64,000 nt of DNA from an uncultured Candidatus Saccharibacteria bacterium. Its GTDB lineage: Bacteria > Patescibacteriota > CAZHWT01. Below, piece after piece: positions 39,238 to 48,255 of the stretch (positions within the stretch are counted from its first letter, which is position 1; each line of letters begins with the position of its first letter). The stretch spans positions 124,818 through 188,817 of the forward strand of contig CAZKPX010000001.1 in NCBI GenBank assembly GCA_964554805.1. Reading direction: 5' to 3'. A program made the translations under genes and the position numbers. The notes beneath the pieces are model-generated. The model ran no database searches. It saw only the letters and a program-made list of their open reading frames with translations, and was not told where the DNA came from.

Positions 39238-39611
39238 AAGCTTCCACTCTGCACCTGCAGGGATTACTTATGTACATTTTTATTATATCAACCATTGAGC
39301 TGTTTGTCAGGTACTATAGGTCTTATCTGTATAAATTAATGGTCTGTCTTCGCTGTCATCCTGAACTTGTTGGCTTCGCTTTCAAAATGCGCAGGATCCG
39401 TAGATAGTGGCGATATAGAATGATTCTAAACGAGAACTGCAGCGAGCTGCGAATAAATCCAAACAGGACGGACATGACATGGTTAGATTGCCGCGCTTCG
39501 TTCGCAATGACGGCAGAACAAAATGCAGCTGGATTGCCGCGCTGCGCTCGCAATGACACTTATAAATGGTGCCTGCTCTCTATTCTCTGCTCTCTGCTCT
39601 CTGTTCTCTGC

Positions 39612-41555
39612 TTACTGCAAAACCGCTTTGATGCGGACGACGTCTCGGGAGATTTTTTCGTCTTTTTGGATGGTAAACTTGCCTTCGATAAGGTTGGTAT
39701 TAGCTATGTGAGGGCCGCCGCAGAATTCTCGGGAATAAACTTGTTCGCGGGGGTCAATAGACTCAACTTGAGTGGCTTGATTGTTCTCGTTTGTAGTTGA
39801 CTTCTGTGATCCACCGATTGAGTAGACTTTAACTGTATCGCCGTATTTTTCGCCGAAGAGGCCGATGGAGCCGGATTTTTGGGCTTCTTGTAGCGGCAGG
39901 ATGGCATAGGAAACTGGTAAGGCTTCGGTTATTTTTTGATTGACGATGTCTTCTACTTGTTGCTTTTGCTCCGGAGTTAAGCGGTTTTCGGAAGTGAAAT
40001 CGAAGCGGAGTCGTTCAGGTGTAATATTGGACCCGCGCTGGGCAATGGTGTCCCCTACTACGTCTCGCAAAGCCTGTTGAAGGAGATGGGTTGCAGTATG
40101 ATACTGAACTTCTTTGAAACTGTCTCCGCCGAGTCCACCTTTGAACATGCCGGCTGAACCTTGGCGAGATAGTTCTTGGTGCTTAGTAAATAGTTCCTGG
40201 TATTTGTCTTGGATTTCCAAGCGATCATCGATTGAATATTGGTGAACATTTTCATTTAGTTCATCAATAAAGATGTCAGCTGGGAGACCGAAGGTTTGGA
40301 AGAAGTCAAAAGCCTTGGCTGCTACTTCATCTAATGTGGGTGTTTGACCGCTTAGATTTTTAGTGTATTTTTCAACTTCTTTTAATCCCCTATCGAGAGT
40401 TTGCAAGAATTTCTGCTCTTCTTCGACAAGCTGGTTGAGAATATTGTCACCCACTACTTGAGGATAGGCTTCGGCATATATATTTTGAATAGCCTTGCCG
40501 ACTTCATGTAAAAATGGCTTGTCTATACCGAGTTTCCGACCTTGTCCGATGGCACGTCGTATAACGCGGCGGAGAACATAGCCTTGAGTTTTGTTTGAAG
40601 GCGTTACGCCGTCAGACAATAACCAGATGGCGGCCTTAAGATGGTCTGCGATGACTCTGTAGGAGTATTCATTGCCCTGGTATGCTCCCAGATTGGCAAC
40701 GTTTTCTACGGCTTCAATGATGGGCCAGAATAGGTCGGTTTTAAATACATCCGGAGTATTCTGCTGGGCCGCAAGCATGCGCTCCAAGCCTCCACCAAAA
40801 TCAATATTCTTTTGAGGAAGTTGTTTAAAGCTGCCATCAGCTTGTTTTTGGTATTGCATGAAGACGTTATTGCCGATTTCGAGGTAGCGACCACAGTCGC
40901 AGTTGGGGTGACAATGAGGACCAAATTCTGGGGTATGCTCCACGTCTTCAAATTCATAGAATATTTCTGAGTCTGGGCCACCTGGCTCACCGACTGGCAT
41001 CTTGTCTGGAGTACCAGAGCGGGACCACCAATTCTTTTTGGCACCATAACTAAAGATTCGACCACCTTGCATGCCTTGCTGTTCAGCATTGTCGATGACT
41101 TTGGCATCTATGCCAACCGAAGCGTATAAATCTTCCCAAAGCATAATAGCTTCTTGATCTCGGTCAATGCCATTCGATCCGGCGAAGACGCTGACATATA
41201 ATTTGTGAGTATCTAGGCCGACTTCTTGAGTTAAAAATTCAAACATCCACTGCAACTGCTCTGTCTTGAAATAATCGCCGAGACTCCAGTTGCCCAACAT
41301 CTCGAAGACAGTGGTGTGGCGATTGTCGCCGACTTCTTCAATATCCTGGACGCGAAAACATCGCTGACTGTCGGCGATGCGGGTTCCTTGAGGATGAGCT
41401 TCGCCCAGTAGATATGGCAACATGGGCTGCATTCCGGATCCAGTAAAAAGGGTAGTCGGATCGTTGTCTGGCACTAATGGTGCCGATGGGACAATGGCGT
41501 GCTGCTTTGATTTATAAAAATCTAGATATTTTTGGCGAAGTTCATTTCCGGTCAT
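39612..41555 (-). CDS. alaS: Alanine--tRNA ligase (short form without C-Ala domain); start at the internal MTGNELRQKY
   Basis: N-terminal class-II catalytic domain (FTGSGMQPM, RCFRVQDIEEVG, WSLGDYFK) and an editing domain with HxxxH...CGGPH. Confidence 0.9.
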   Translation of the reverse strand: MTGNELRQKYLDFYKSKQHAIVPSAPLVPDNDPTTLFTGSGMQPMLPYLLGEAHPQGTRIADSQRCFRVQDIEEVGDNRHTTVFEMLGNWSLGDYFKTEQLQWMFEFLTQEVGLDTHKLYVSVFAGSNGIDRDQEAIMLWEDLYASVGIDAKVIDNAEQQGMQGGRIFSYGAKKNWWSRSGTPDKMPVGEPGGPDSEIFYEFEDVEHTPEFGPHCHPNCDCGRYLEIGNNVFMQYQKQADGSFKQLPQKNIDFGGGLERMLAAQQNTPDVFKTDLFWPIIEAVENVANLGAYQGNEYSYRVIADHLKAAIWLLSDGVTPSNKTQGYVLRRVIRRAIGQGRKLGIDKPFLHEVGKAIQNIYAEAYPQVVGDNILNQLVEEEQKFLQTLDRGLKEVEKYTKNLSGQTPTLDEVAAKAFDFFQTFGLPADIFIDELNENVHQYSIDDRLEIQDKYQELFTKHQELSRQGSAGMFKGGLGGDSFKEVQYHTATHLLQQALRDVVGDTIAQRGSNITPERLRFDFTSENRLTPEQKQQVEDIVNQKITEALPVSYAILPLQEAQKSGSIGLFGEKYGDTVKVYSIGGSQKSTTNENNQATQVESIDPREQVYSREFCGGPHIANTNLIEGKFTIQKDEKISRDVVRIKAVLQ

Positions 41556-41641
41556 AGTGATATCCTTGTAGGTTTGGATTATAAAGGTTACTTGGCTAGG
41601 ATACAAGCTTGATGATTTAAAGCTTATAGTTTGCATGCTTG

Positions 41642-41650
41642 TGGTATAAT
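41642..41650 (+). promoter_or_regulatory. Extended -10 element TGgTATAAT upstream of the 122-aa gene (divergent from alaS)
   Basis: gcttgTGGTATAATccgg, about 40 nt upstream of an AAGGAGAA RBS and the ATG at 41689. Confidence 0.4.
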
Positions 41651-41688
41651 CCGGCAGTAGGGCTTTAGGTTTATTCAAGGAGAAGACA

Positions 41689-42057
41689 ATGCCCAAACCG
41701 GTTGATCAGATATTACTGCTGGACGAACTGAGCACCTCTCAGATCGAATTCGTAAAATCTTTTGTAGATCAGTCCTCTCATGCAATTGAGGTGAGAAATG
41801 ACTCATCTGCTATAGGTGGATTACCGTTGATGGCTATTCACTGGGCCATGATTGAGACAATCGAGAATACCGGCTCGGCCTTACTATCTCACGCTCAACT
41901 GACCGGATTGGTTGCGCAGGCAATCGTAGACCACGGCTTGAGTGCTCGGAATGGCGAGACTGCCGAGCAATACGGTCTGAGAGCACTTGCTGCGCTGCAG
42001 CAAGATATAGACGACATGGAAAGGCTTCGTTGTTCGTCTTTATCGAAGCACAAGTAA
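41689..42057 (+). CDS. Hypothetical protein (122 aa)
   Basis: Strong RBS, ORF, and a terminator downstream. Confidence 0.45.
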   Translation: MPKPVDQILLLDELSTSQIEFVKSFVDQSSHAIEVRNDSSAIGGLPLMAIHWAMIETIENTGSALLSHAQLTGLVAQAIVDHGLSARNGETAEQYGLRALAALQQDIDDMERLRCSSLSKHK

Positions 42058-42074
42058 ATCTATTGTCACAAAAT

Positions 42075-42112
42075 AGGCGGCCCTCGAAAGAAGGCCGCCT
42101 GTTGAATTTTTT
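42075..42112. terminator. Bidirectional rho-independent terminator (AGGCGGCC-loop-GGCCGCCT flanked by A and T runs)
   Basis: 8-bp GC stem sitting between convergent genes. Confidence 0.65.
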
Positions 42113-42830
42113 AGTACTGGTCAGCGGTGTAGTAGTGGTGTTTTTCTTTGAAGCTGATATCTGTTTGATGCTGCCATTCAAGGATGGGGTTTTCGATGCC
42201 TTCAAAGGCTCGGTCCAATTGCTGGATTTCTTCGACAGTCATAAAGGCATTTTTGCCACCTTCGATATCTTCGATAAGCTGGCCTTGAGGATTTATACCC
42301 AGTAGACCAAAAAAGATTTTATCTTCCAGAAGTGACTGATCTTCCTGATTAACATCGATTTTGTGATAAATGTTAATAACTTTTAAGTCGCAGGTTAAAC
42401 CTGTTTCTTCTAGTAATTCTCGTTGGCCAGCCTGGATGATGGTTTCGCCCCAGCGTAATTTACCGCCTGGTGTGCACCAATAACCAAAGAAAGGCTGCTT
42501 GAGTCGTTGTTGAACCAGCACTTTGTCGGGCTGACCTTCATGCTGTTGGACGATGCCGATAATGACGCTGACTTTTGGTTGGCGCTCGATGGTGTTGTTG
42601 TCGGTATCGATTTTGTTGGCATGCTCTTTGCCGACGGCGGTCAGGGTGTATTTTGATTGATCATTTTTGATGATGTAGCCTAGCTCAATCAACTTTTTGA
42701 GATGAAAGTTGAAGTGGTCGCTATCGAGGCCAGATTGCTTCTGAATATGAGCGTAACCAGCATATGGTGTGAAGAGCAGGACCTTCAGAATGTGGATTTG
42801 GACAGGATGAATTTTGGTTTGATGAGACAC
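42111..42830 (-). CDS. Winged-HTH + NUDIX hydrolase fusion protein (GTG start)
   Basis: NUDIX box GGKLRWGETIIQAGQRELLEETGL. N-terminal HTH-like segment (LKKLIELGYIIK). GGAGGT RBS. Confidence 0.7.
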   Translation of the reverse strand: MSHQTKIHPVQIHILKVLLFTPYAGYAHIQKQSGLDSDHFNFHLKKLIELGYIIKNDQSKYTLTAVGKEHANKIDTDNNTIERQPKVSVIIGIVQQHEGQPDKVLVQQRLKQPFFGYWCTPGGKLRWGETIIQAGQRELLEETGLTCDLKVINIYHKIDVNQEDQSLLEDKIFFGLLGINPQGQLIEDIEGGKNAFMTVEEIQQLDRAFEGIENPILEWQHQTDISFKEKHHYYTADQY

Positions 42831-42838
42831 TGCTTACC

Positions 42839-42854
42839 TCCGGTGGCTCGTTTA
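42839..42854. promoter_or_regulatory. Perfect 16-bp palindrome GCTCGTTTAAACGAGC immediately upstream of the HTH-NUDIX gene RBS (candidate operator)
   Basis: Seen directly. A related GCTCGGTTTAAAACGAG occurs at 63741-63757. Confidence 0.3.
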
Positions 42855-43084
42855 ACGAGCGAATATTGAATATGGGATATGGGATATGGGGTATGAAAGT
42901 TTATATCTAGAGACTTTTTAACACGCGTTTAGAGAAAATGCTAGTGAAGTAGGGTTTAGTGGTGATTTAAAACTTATACCGTAAAGGTCAAAACTGCAAC
43001 TTAAAACTAAAAACTCTGAGATTCGAGTTAGAAATTTTTGGTTGCAGTTTTGCCTTTTTCATCTTGAGTTTTACGTTTTAAGAC

Positions 43085-44053
43085 TTAAGATCCGCGGCGG
43101 AAGAAAAGTTTCTTGGTCGACTTGGCGTCTTTGTCTTCTTTGCGACCTTTGTCTTCTGCGTCAGCAGCCTTTGGCTTTGACTTGGCTTCTGCCTTGGTTT
43201 CTTTATCTTTGGCTTTGTCCGAGAAATGCTTGGTGGATTTATCAGAATCTTGGGCATCCATCTTGTCTTCCTTCACAACAGGAGTGGCTTCTTCTAAAAT
43301 TCGGGTGGTGTAATGAGCAGTGACTGGTGCTTTAGGCGCTTCGGCGATTTCTTCTGAAGCTAGCATTGGTCGAGCAGTTGATTCCTCCTGGGGCTCCTCT
43401 TTGGCTACCTCTTCAATAGCCTCTTCGGTGGCAGTTTGACTGTGCATAGCGTAATGATGGCTGTGAGATCGACGACGGGTTGAATGAACTGAGACAGGCG
43501 CAGGCCTATGGTCCTCTGGGCTATCTTCCTCGTCTTCAATTTCTCTAATCATGAGGACATCTGGTACTTCAAGTTTGCTGGAGTCTAATTTATTAGAATC
43601 TAATTTATTTGAATCGGCCTTGGCTTCCAGCTGGTTGGCCGGGACTATTTCTTCGCCATACTCTTCCCAGCCACTGCGGAAAGCTTCGGCTATTTCGGAG
43701 ACGGTTTCGCGAGCGGTTTCGATGTGTTGCTCGATAGTTGAGGCTAGATGTTGAGCCTGGTGAGTAGCTTCGCCAATTTTTTGCGGAGCAGCCTCTACCA
43801 AACCGGCTGCACCTTCATTTAACGCTTGGTGCAGGGATTTGCTGACACCTTTGGCTTCCTTGGCTAGTTGGTAGGCTTCGGTCTCCCACTCTTTGGCGTA
43901 TTGCTTGACTAAATGACGCATTTCCTGGCCGTTTTTGGGGGTTAATAATAGGGCAGCAGCAGCTCCGGCCATAGCACCAACTACGGCACCGACGATGAAT
44001 TCGGCTTGTTTTGGATCTACTGGTTGGTGTTCTTGATTAGTCTGATGATCCAT
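43085..44053 (-). CDS. YtxH-like protein with a long acidic/basic low-complexity C-terminal region
   Basis: FIVGAVVGAMAGAAAALLLTPKNGQEMR matches the YtxH/DUF948-type N-terminal helix. Contains KLDSNKLDSSKL tandem repeats. Confidence 0.55.
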   Translation of the reverse strand: MDHQTNQEHQPVDPKQAEFIVGAVVGAMAGAAAALLLTPKNGQEMRHLVKQYAKEWETEAYQLAKEAKGVSKSLHQALNEGAAGLVEAAPQKIGEATHQAQHLASTIEQHIETARETVSEIAEAFRSGWEEYGEEIVPANQLEAKADSNKLDSNKLDSSKLEVPDVLMIREIEDEEDSPEDHRPAPVSVHSTRRRSHSHHYAMHSQTATEEAIEEVAKEEPQEESTARPMLASEEIAEAPKAPVTAHYTTRILEEATPVVKEDKMDAQDSDKSTKHFSDKAKDKETKAEAKSKPKAADAEDKGRKEDKDAKSTKKLFFRRGS

Positions 44054-44423
44054 GGCGATGTTGATCCTCCTTGGATTGTTCTTGTTGTTTAGCAATGATG
44101 CGCGAGACAGTCTGGAAGGCGGTCAGGCCAACTGAAGCAGGGCCTAAGAATTTGGTGGTGAGGTGAGAAACGGAAGAGGTGGCACTGGAAACTGAGCTGA
44201 CCATGGTACGAAGACCTTGGAGAACTTCGTCTGCGTATTGCTGCTGAATCACGGCCTTGGCTGAGACTTTTTCAACATCAGCCAGGATACGCTCGGTGCG
44301 AGCCAAGCTCTTGCGAAGATCTTTGAGTACGAAGAATAATTGAATACCAATAACAATCAGTGTTACACCAAGCAACACGATCATAATAGAGAGCAGAATC
44401 TGAGTTCCGGTTAATGAAAACAT
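44037..44423 (-). CDS. DUF948-like small membrane protein (N-terminal TM, then coiled coil)
   Basis: 128 aa. ILLSIMIVLLGVTLIVIGIQLFFVL followed by a helical region. Upstream of the YtxH-like gene, as in ytxG-ytxH arrangements. Confidence 0.45.
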   Translation of the reverse strand: MFSLTGTQILLSIMIVLLGVTLIVIGIQLFFVLKDLRKSLARTERILADVEKVSAKAVIQQQYADEVLQGLRTMVSSVSSATSSVSHLTTKFLGPASVGLTAFQTVSRIIAKQQEQSKEDQHRHGSSD

Positions 44424-44464
44424 GGGCAGTGTCCTTTTTATGTGGTTATATCTATGATACTAAA

Positions 44465-44640
44465 TCATGAGTCAAAGGGCAAAGGTCAAATCTAGCAAGC
44501 ATGGGAGAGTTAAGGCAAAAATCAAAAGGCAAAGGGCAAAAGTTAAGCTTTGAAAGTTAAATGTTTAACCACGACATAAAATAAACTTTATACTTTTGAT
44601 TTTTATTTTTGCCTTTTGACTTTGGACCTTTGACCTTACT
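44465..44640. repeat. Imperfect inverted repeat built from AAAGGCAAAGGGCAAAAG / CTTTTGCCTTTTGACTTT units (5' region of the DUF948 gene)
   Basis: Left arm 44469-44542 and right arm 44593-44637 are reverse-complementary with G/T substitutions. The same unit occurs at 55672-55763. Confidence 0.4.
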
Positions 44641-45652
44641 TAACATATTCTTTCTCGATAACTTGGTTGGGTTGACCGAGTAGGCCTTGGTCTATGCCGT
44701 GAAGTAAAACGCGAGTAGAGCCGGCGTTGCCGGATTTGAGCCGAATTTTGGTATTGGCGCTAAATGATTGGCTGGATGAAGGGAGCAGTAAACCGCTGAA
44801 TAACTGTTTGTCATCACCACTAACCTCTATCCAGGCTGGTGAGGCACCGATGACTACCTCGATGTTGACATTGGATAAGGTGGCTGAAGCAGTAGACTGA
44901 GTGGGCGTTGGACGTCCAGCAGATGATGAAGCTTGGATAGTAGCCTGGCTGGCAAGTTTGACAGGTCCGACCACGGTTCTTTCGACGACAGTTGATTTGC
45001 CTAGCTTGTTGACTGCTTCAAAGCGAAGAGTGTTGCTGCCAGTAGCCAGGCCTACGGTAAATTTAAATTTGCCATCTGGATCCAATTGCACTGATTGGCC
45101 ATTGAGAGTTAGGGTGGAGTCAGGATTGGTTTGGCCCTCAACTTGGAGCTGGCCATTGGTTGAGGTAGAGTTTGATTGCGGTTGAGATAAAGATAAATCG
45201 GGATTTAGGGCTACAGAAACATACTGATTGTAGCTGTAGCCGATGACTACCAAAATTGCCAGGGTTAAAAATCCTACGACCACCCATCCGGGAGTAATTT
45301 TTGATTTCTTTGGCTCAATGGGAGAAAGTGGTTGACTAAGCTGTTGCTGTTCGCGCTGTTCATCATACTCACGTCGGAAAAAAGGCAGTACTTCATGCTC
45401 GTCTAGGCCAACATATAAGGCATAGGCTTTGATGAAACCTTTTAAATAAAGTGGATCGGTTAGGCCAAAAAACTTGCCCTGCTCAATGGATTGAAGCATG
45501 GGAACTCTGACTTTAATGGCTTTGGATACGTCTTCGAGCGATCTGCCTTTAGCTTCACGAGCAGCTCTCAAAATATCACCCGTACGTTTGGTGTTGAGGG
45601 TCGAGGGGTTATTTTTCTTAGTTTTAGAGGGAATGCGAGTCTGAGTGGGCAT
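44636..45652 (-). CDS. rodZ: RodZ-like cytoskeleton protein (N-terminal XRE-type HTH, TM, C-terminal beta-rich domain)
   Basis: ILRAAREAKGRSLEDVSKAIKVRVPMLQSIEQGKF..., then a single TM and a Ser/Thr-rich periplasmic region. Confidence 0.6.
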   Translation of the reverse strand: MPTQTRIPSKTKKNNPSTLNTKRTGDILRAAREAKGRSLEDVSKAIKVRVPMLQSIEQGKFFGLTDPLYLKGFIKAYALYVGLDEHEVLPFFRREYDEQREQQQLSQPLSPIEPKKSKITPGWVVVGFLTLAILVVIGYSYNQYVSVALNPDLSLSQPQSNSTSTNGQLQVEGQTNPDSTLTLNGQSVQLDPDGKFKFTVGLATGSNTLRFEAVNKLGKSTVVERTVVGPVKLASQATIQASSSAGRPTPTQSTASATLSNVNIEVVIGASPAWIEVSGDDKQLFSGLLLPSSSQSFSANTKIRLKSGNAGSTRVLLHGIDQGLLGQPNQVIEKEYVK

Positions 45653-45854
45653 GACAATGAGCTGTTAAGCCTATGATAGCATCGATGTTGCCTTGGGGGA
45701 ACAGGCAGGCTGCTGCACTGGCCGCCTTTGGCGGCGAGACGCGAGACACGGATATGGAGACAAGACATTACAAAATATAAACTCAGCTCTATCCCTTGTT
45801 GCCGGGCCGTGTCTCGATATCCATGTCTCAATATTCTCCACCACAGGTGGCTGC

Positions 45855-48044
45855 TTAGAATTCTTCTGCGGAGGCTTGGTTGCTGCTGCCGCCAAGGATG
45901 CCGTCAACATCTCGACGGAGAACTTCTCGAGGCTTGGAGCCTTCACCTGGACCCACGACGCCTGCTTCTTCTAATTGATCAAGAATTCTGGCCGCCCGGG
46001 CGTAACCGACTGACAAACGACGTTGCATGAGTGAGGATGAGGCTTTTTCGCTGGCGCAGATAAGCTTGACGGCTTCGCCAAAGAGCGGATCTCTATCCTG
46101 GCTATTGCCGCCTCCCCCACCAACTCCAGTACCAATGTTGGTGGTTGTGGTCAACACTTCTTCTGTGTAATCGGCTTGAACACCCTGGCCGCGGATATGA
46201 TCGAGCATCTTTTTGATTTCTTCATCGCGAACCCAGTTGCCTTGAATACGCATTGGTTTGGCAGCATCGGGTGGCATAAACAGCATGTCCCCCTTGCCGA
46301 GCAGTTTTTCTGCGCCAGGATGATCCATAATAACGCGGGAATCAGTGTTGCTGGAGACGTTAAAGGCGATTCGGGCAGGGATGTTAGCCTTGATTAAACC
46401 GGTAATAATATCGGAAGATGGCCTCTGGGTAGCCAAGATAAGGTGGATACCGACCGCACGAGCTTTTTGAGCAATACGAACGATAGCGTCCTCTACTTCG
46501 GCCGGGGCGGTCATCATCAAATCGGACAACTCATCAATGATAATAACGATGTAGGGCAAGGCTTGGAAGCCAGACATCTCGTTGAAGCCTTCGATATTAC
46601 GCGCGCCAACTTCGGCCAATTTTTTGTAGCGACGATCCATTTCGCCAGTGGCCCACTTGAGAGCTGATACGACCTTGTCGTTTTCAGTGATAACGGGGGC
46701 CAAGAGGTGGGGGATGCCATTGTAGCCAGTTAATTCGACAAACTTAGGGTCGACTAAGATTAACTTTAATTCTGAAGGACTGTTGTTGAACAACAACGAA
46801 CTAATAAAGGCGTTGATGGCTACTGACTTACCAGAGCCGGTTGAACCGGCAACCAGTAAATGCGGCATGCGAGTCAAGTCGGCGATAACGGCATGGCCAG
46901 AGACACTTTGGCCTAGTGGCAATAAAAGTCGTGATTTAACTTCTTTGGCTTCTGGGGATTCAAGGATTGATCGGAGACCGACCACGGCGGCTTTGTTGTT
47001 AGGTATTTCAATACCAACTAAACTCTTGCCGGGGATTGGGGCTTCGACGCGAACAGCACCACTCTTAGCAGCTACAGCCAAAGCCAGGTCATTGGATAAG
47101 GTGGTAATTTTGGAAATCTTGGTTCCGCTGGCTAATTCAAGAGCATATTGAGTGACGGTCGGACCAATATTCACCTCAACCACTTTGGCTTGAATGCCGA
47201 ATGACTCTAGGGTTCGCTCGATAATTGCGGCTGTGCCCTTGATGTCGCCGGGCTCGCCTTTGCTATTTTGATTGCTCAATAAGGTTAAGGGTGGGTAGTC
47301 CCAAACAACACTTTCACCGGCAGCATTGGACAGTACTTGGGTTGAGTTGAGCGGAGTGGCGGCTGGTTTTGGCTCAATAGGTGCGGCGGCGGCAACTGCT
47401 CGAGTCCCAACCTCATTAACCGCAAAGGCAGCTCCGGTGTATGAGGGGGTGGGCTGAGAACTTTCTTTATCTTTTTTGGCTAGGGCTTTTTTGCTGGCCC
47501 TGGCAGCAGATTCTGAAGCTTGGAAGAAGAAGCTGAGTGAGGTATTGAGTAGGACTAAGAAGCCGGCTATTATCCATAGCATGAGTAAGAACCAGGCCCC
47601 AAAGGGTGTGACGAACCTGGATACGCCATCGAAAATAACATAGCCCACTGCTCCACCGCCAATGCCTAATTCAGCACGCTGGAGCGCGCTAAATGGAGAG
47701 AACATGGATGATATGGGGTGCAGCAGAGCGGCCAGACCGACAGTGATGATGGTTAGGCCGAGTAGTACATTGGGCTTGCCTAGCCCCCATCCGACATGGC
47801 TCAGCAAAAGAGCCAAGGCTAACAGAATGACGGGCACCATGAATGAAGCCCAGCCCACCAGGCCATTGAGCCAGGCTTGAAGAGTGTTGCCGGCTCCAGC
47901 TGCTTGTCCAATAAAGGCTAACAGCGTTAACCCGGCAAGCGCAAAACATACCAAGGCGATCAGAGACTGGATGCTCTCGGCTTTTAGCTTAAATTTTTGC
48001 TTCTTCTTATATTTGGTGGGTCTTTTGGCTTTTTTGGCAGGCAT
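45855..48044 (-). CDS. ftsK: DNA translocase FtsK/SpoIIIE
   Basis: 4 N-terminal TM helices. Motor domain with GSTGSGKS Walker A, LLFNNSPSELKLILVDPK, and a C-terminal gamma-like wHTH. Confidence 0.9.
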   Translation of the reverse strand: MPAKKAKRPTKYKKKQKFKLKAESIQSLIALVCFALAGLTLLAFIGQAAGAGNTLQAWLNGLVGWASFMVPVILLALALLLSHVGWGLGKPNVLLGLTIITVGLAALLHPISSMFSPFSALQRAELGIGGGAVGYVIFDGVSRFVTPFGAWFLLMLWIIAGFLVLLNTSLSFFFQASESAARASKKALAKKDKESSQPTPSYTGAAFAVNEVGTRAVAAAAPIEPKPAATPLNSTQVLSNAAGESVVWDYPPLTLLSNQNSKGEPGDIKGTAAIIERTLESFGIQAKVVEVNIGPTVTQYALELASGTKISKITTLSNDLALAVAAKSGAVRVEAPIPGKSLVGIEIPNNKAAVVGLRSILESPEAKEVKSRLLLPLGQSVSGHAVIADLTRMPHLLVAGSTGSGKSVAINAFISSLLFNNSPSELKLILVDPKFVELTGYNGIPHLLAPVITENDKVVSALKWATGEMDRRYKKLAEVGARNIEGFNEMSGFQALPYIVIIIDELSDLMMTAPAEVEDAIVRIAQKARAVGIHLILATQRPSSDIITGLIKANIPARIAFNVSSNTDSRVIMDHPGAEKLLGKGDMLFMPPDAAKPMRIQGNWVRDEEIKKMLDHIRGQGVQADYTEEVLTTTTNIGTGVGGGGGNSQDRDPLFGEAVKLICASEKASSSLMQRRLSVGYARAARILDQLEEAGVVGPGEGSKPREVLRRDVDGILGGSSNQASAEEF

Positions 48045-48050
48045 TTTTTT

Positions 48051-48100
48051 AAAGTGAGCAGAGAGAAGAGAACAGAGAGAAGTCTTTCTGCTCTCACTGC
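48051..48100 (-). promoter_or_regulatory. GA/CU-rich inverted-repeat element immediately 5' of ftsK (the mRNA leader is CU-rich, with no Shine-Dalgarno)
   Basis: AAAGTGAGCAGAGAGAAGAGAACAGAGAGAAG...CTTTCTGCTCTCACT. A second copy lies at 48170-48200. Confidence 0.4.
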
Positions 48101-48255
48101 AGTACGATTATTAATTGTACGGGTTTGGCAGCCTTAATGGCTGGTCGATATTTAGTATAACACTTTATATTTAAGTGAGAAGAGAGAAGCAGAAGCGATG
48201 AGGTGTTTGAGCTTCTGACGAGAAACACCCCTGCCATCCAGACAGGGGTGTATGA

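Noticed and set aside
42866-42895. Possible CRISPR-like array at the GATATGGG tandem repeats
   Set aside because: Only three 8-bp units with no spacers, far too short for a CRISPR array. Treated as a simple tandem repeat or possible operator.
44469-44490. CtsR-box interpretation of AGTCAAAGGGCAAAGGTCAAA
   Set aside because: Heptad spacing does not fit the (A/G)GTCAAA-NAN-(A/G)GTCAAA consensus and the taxon is not expected to encode CtsR. Kept only as a generic direct-repeat operator candidate.
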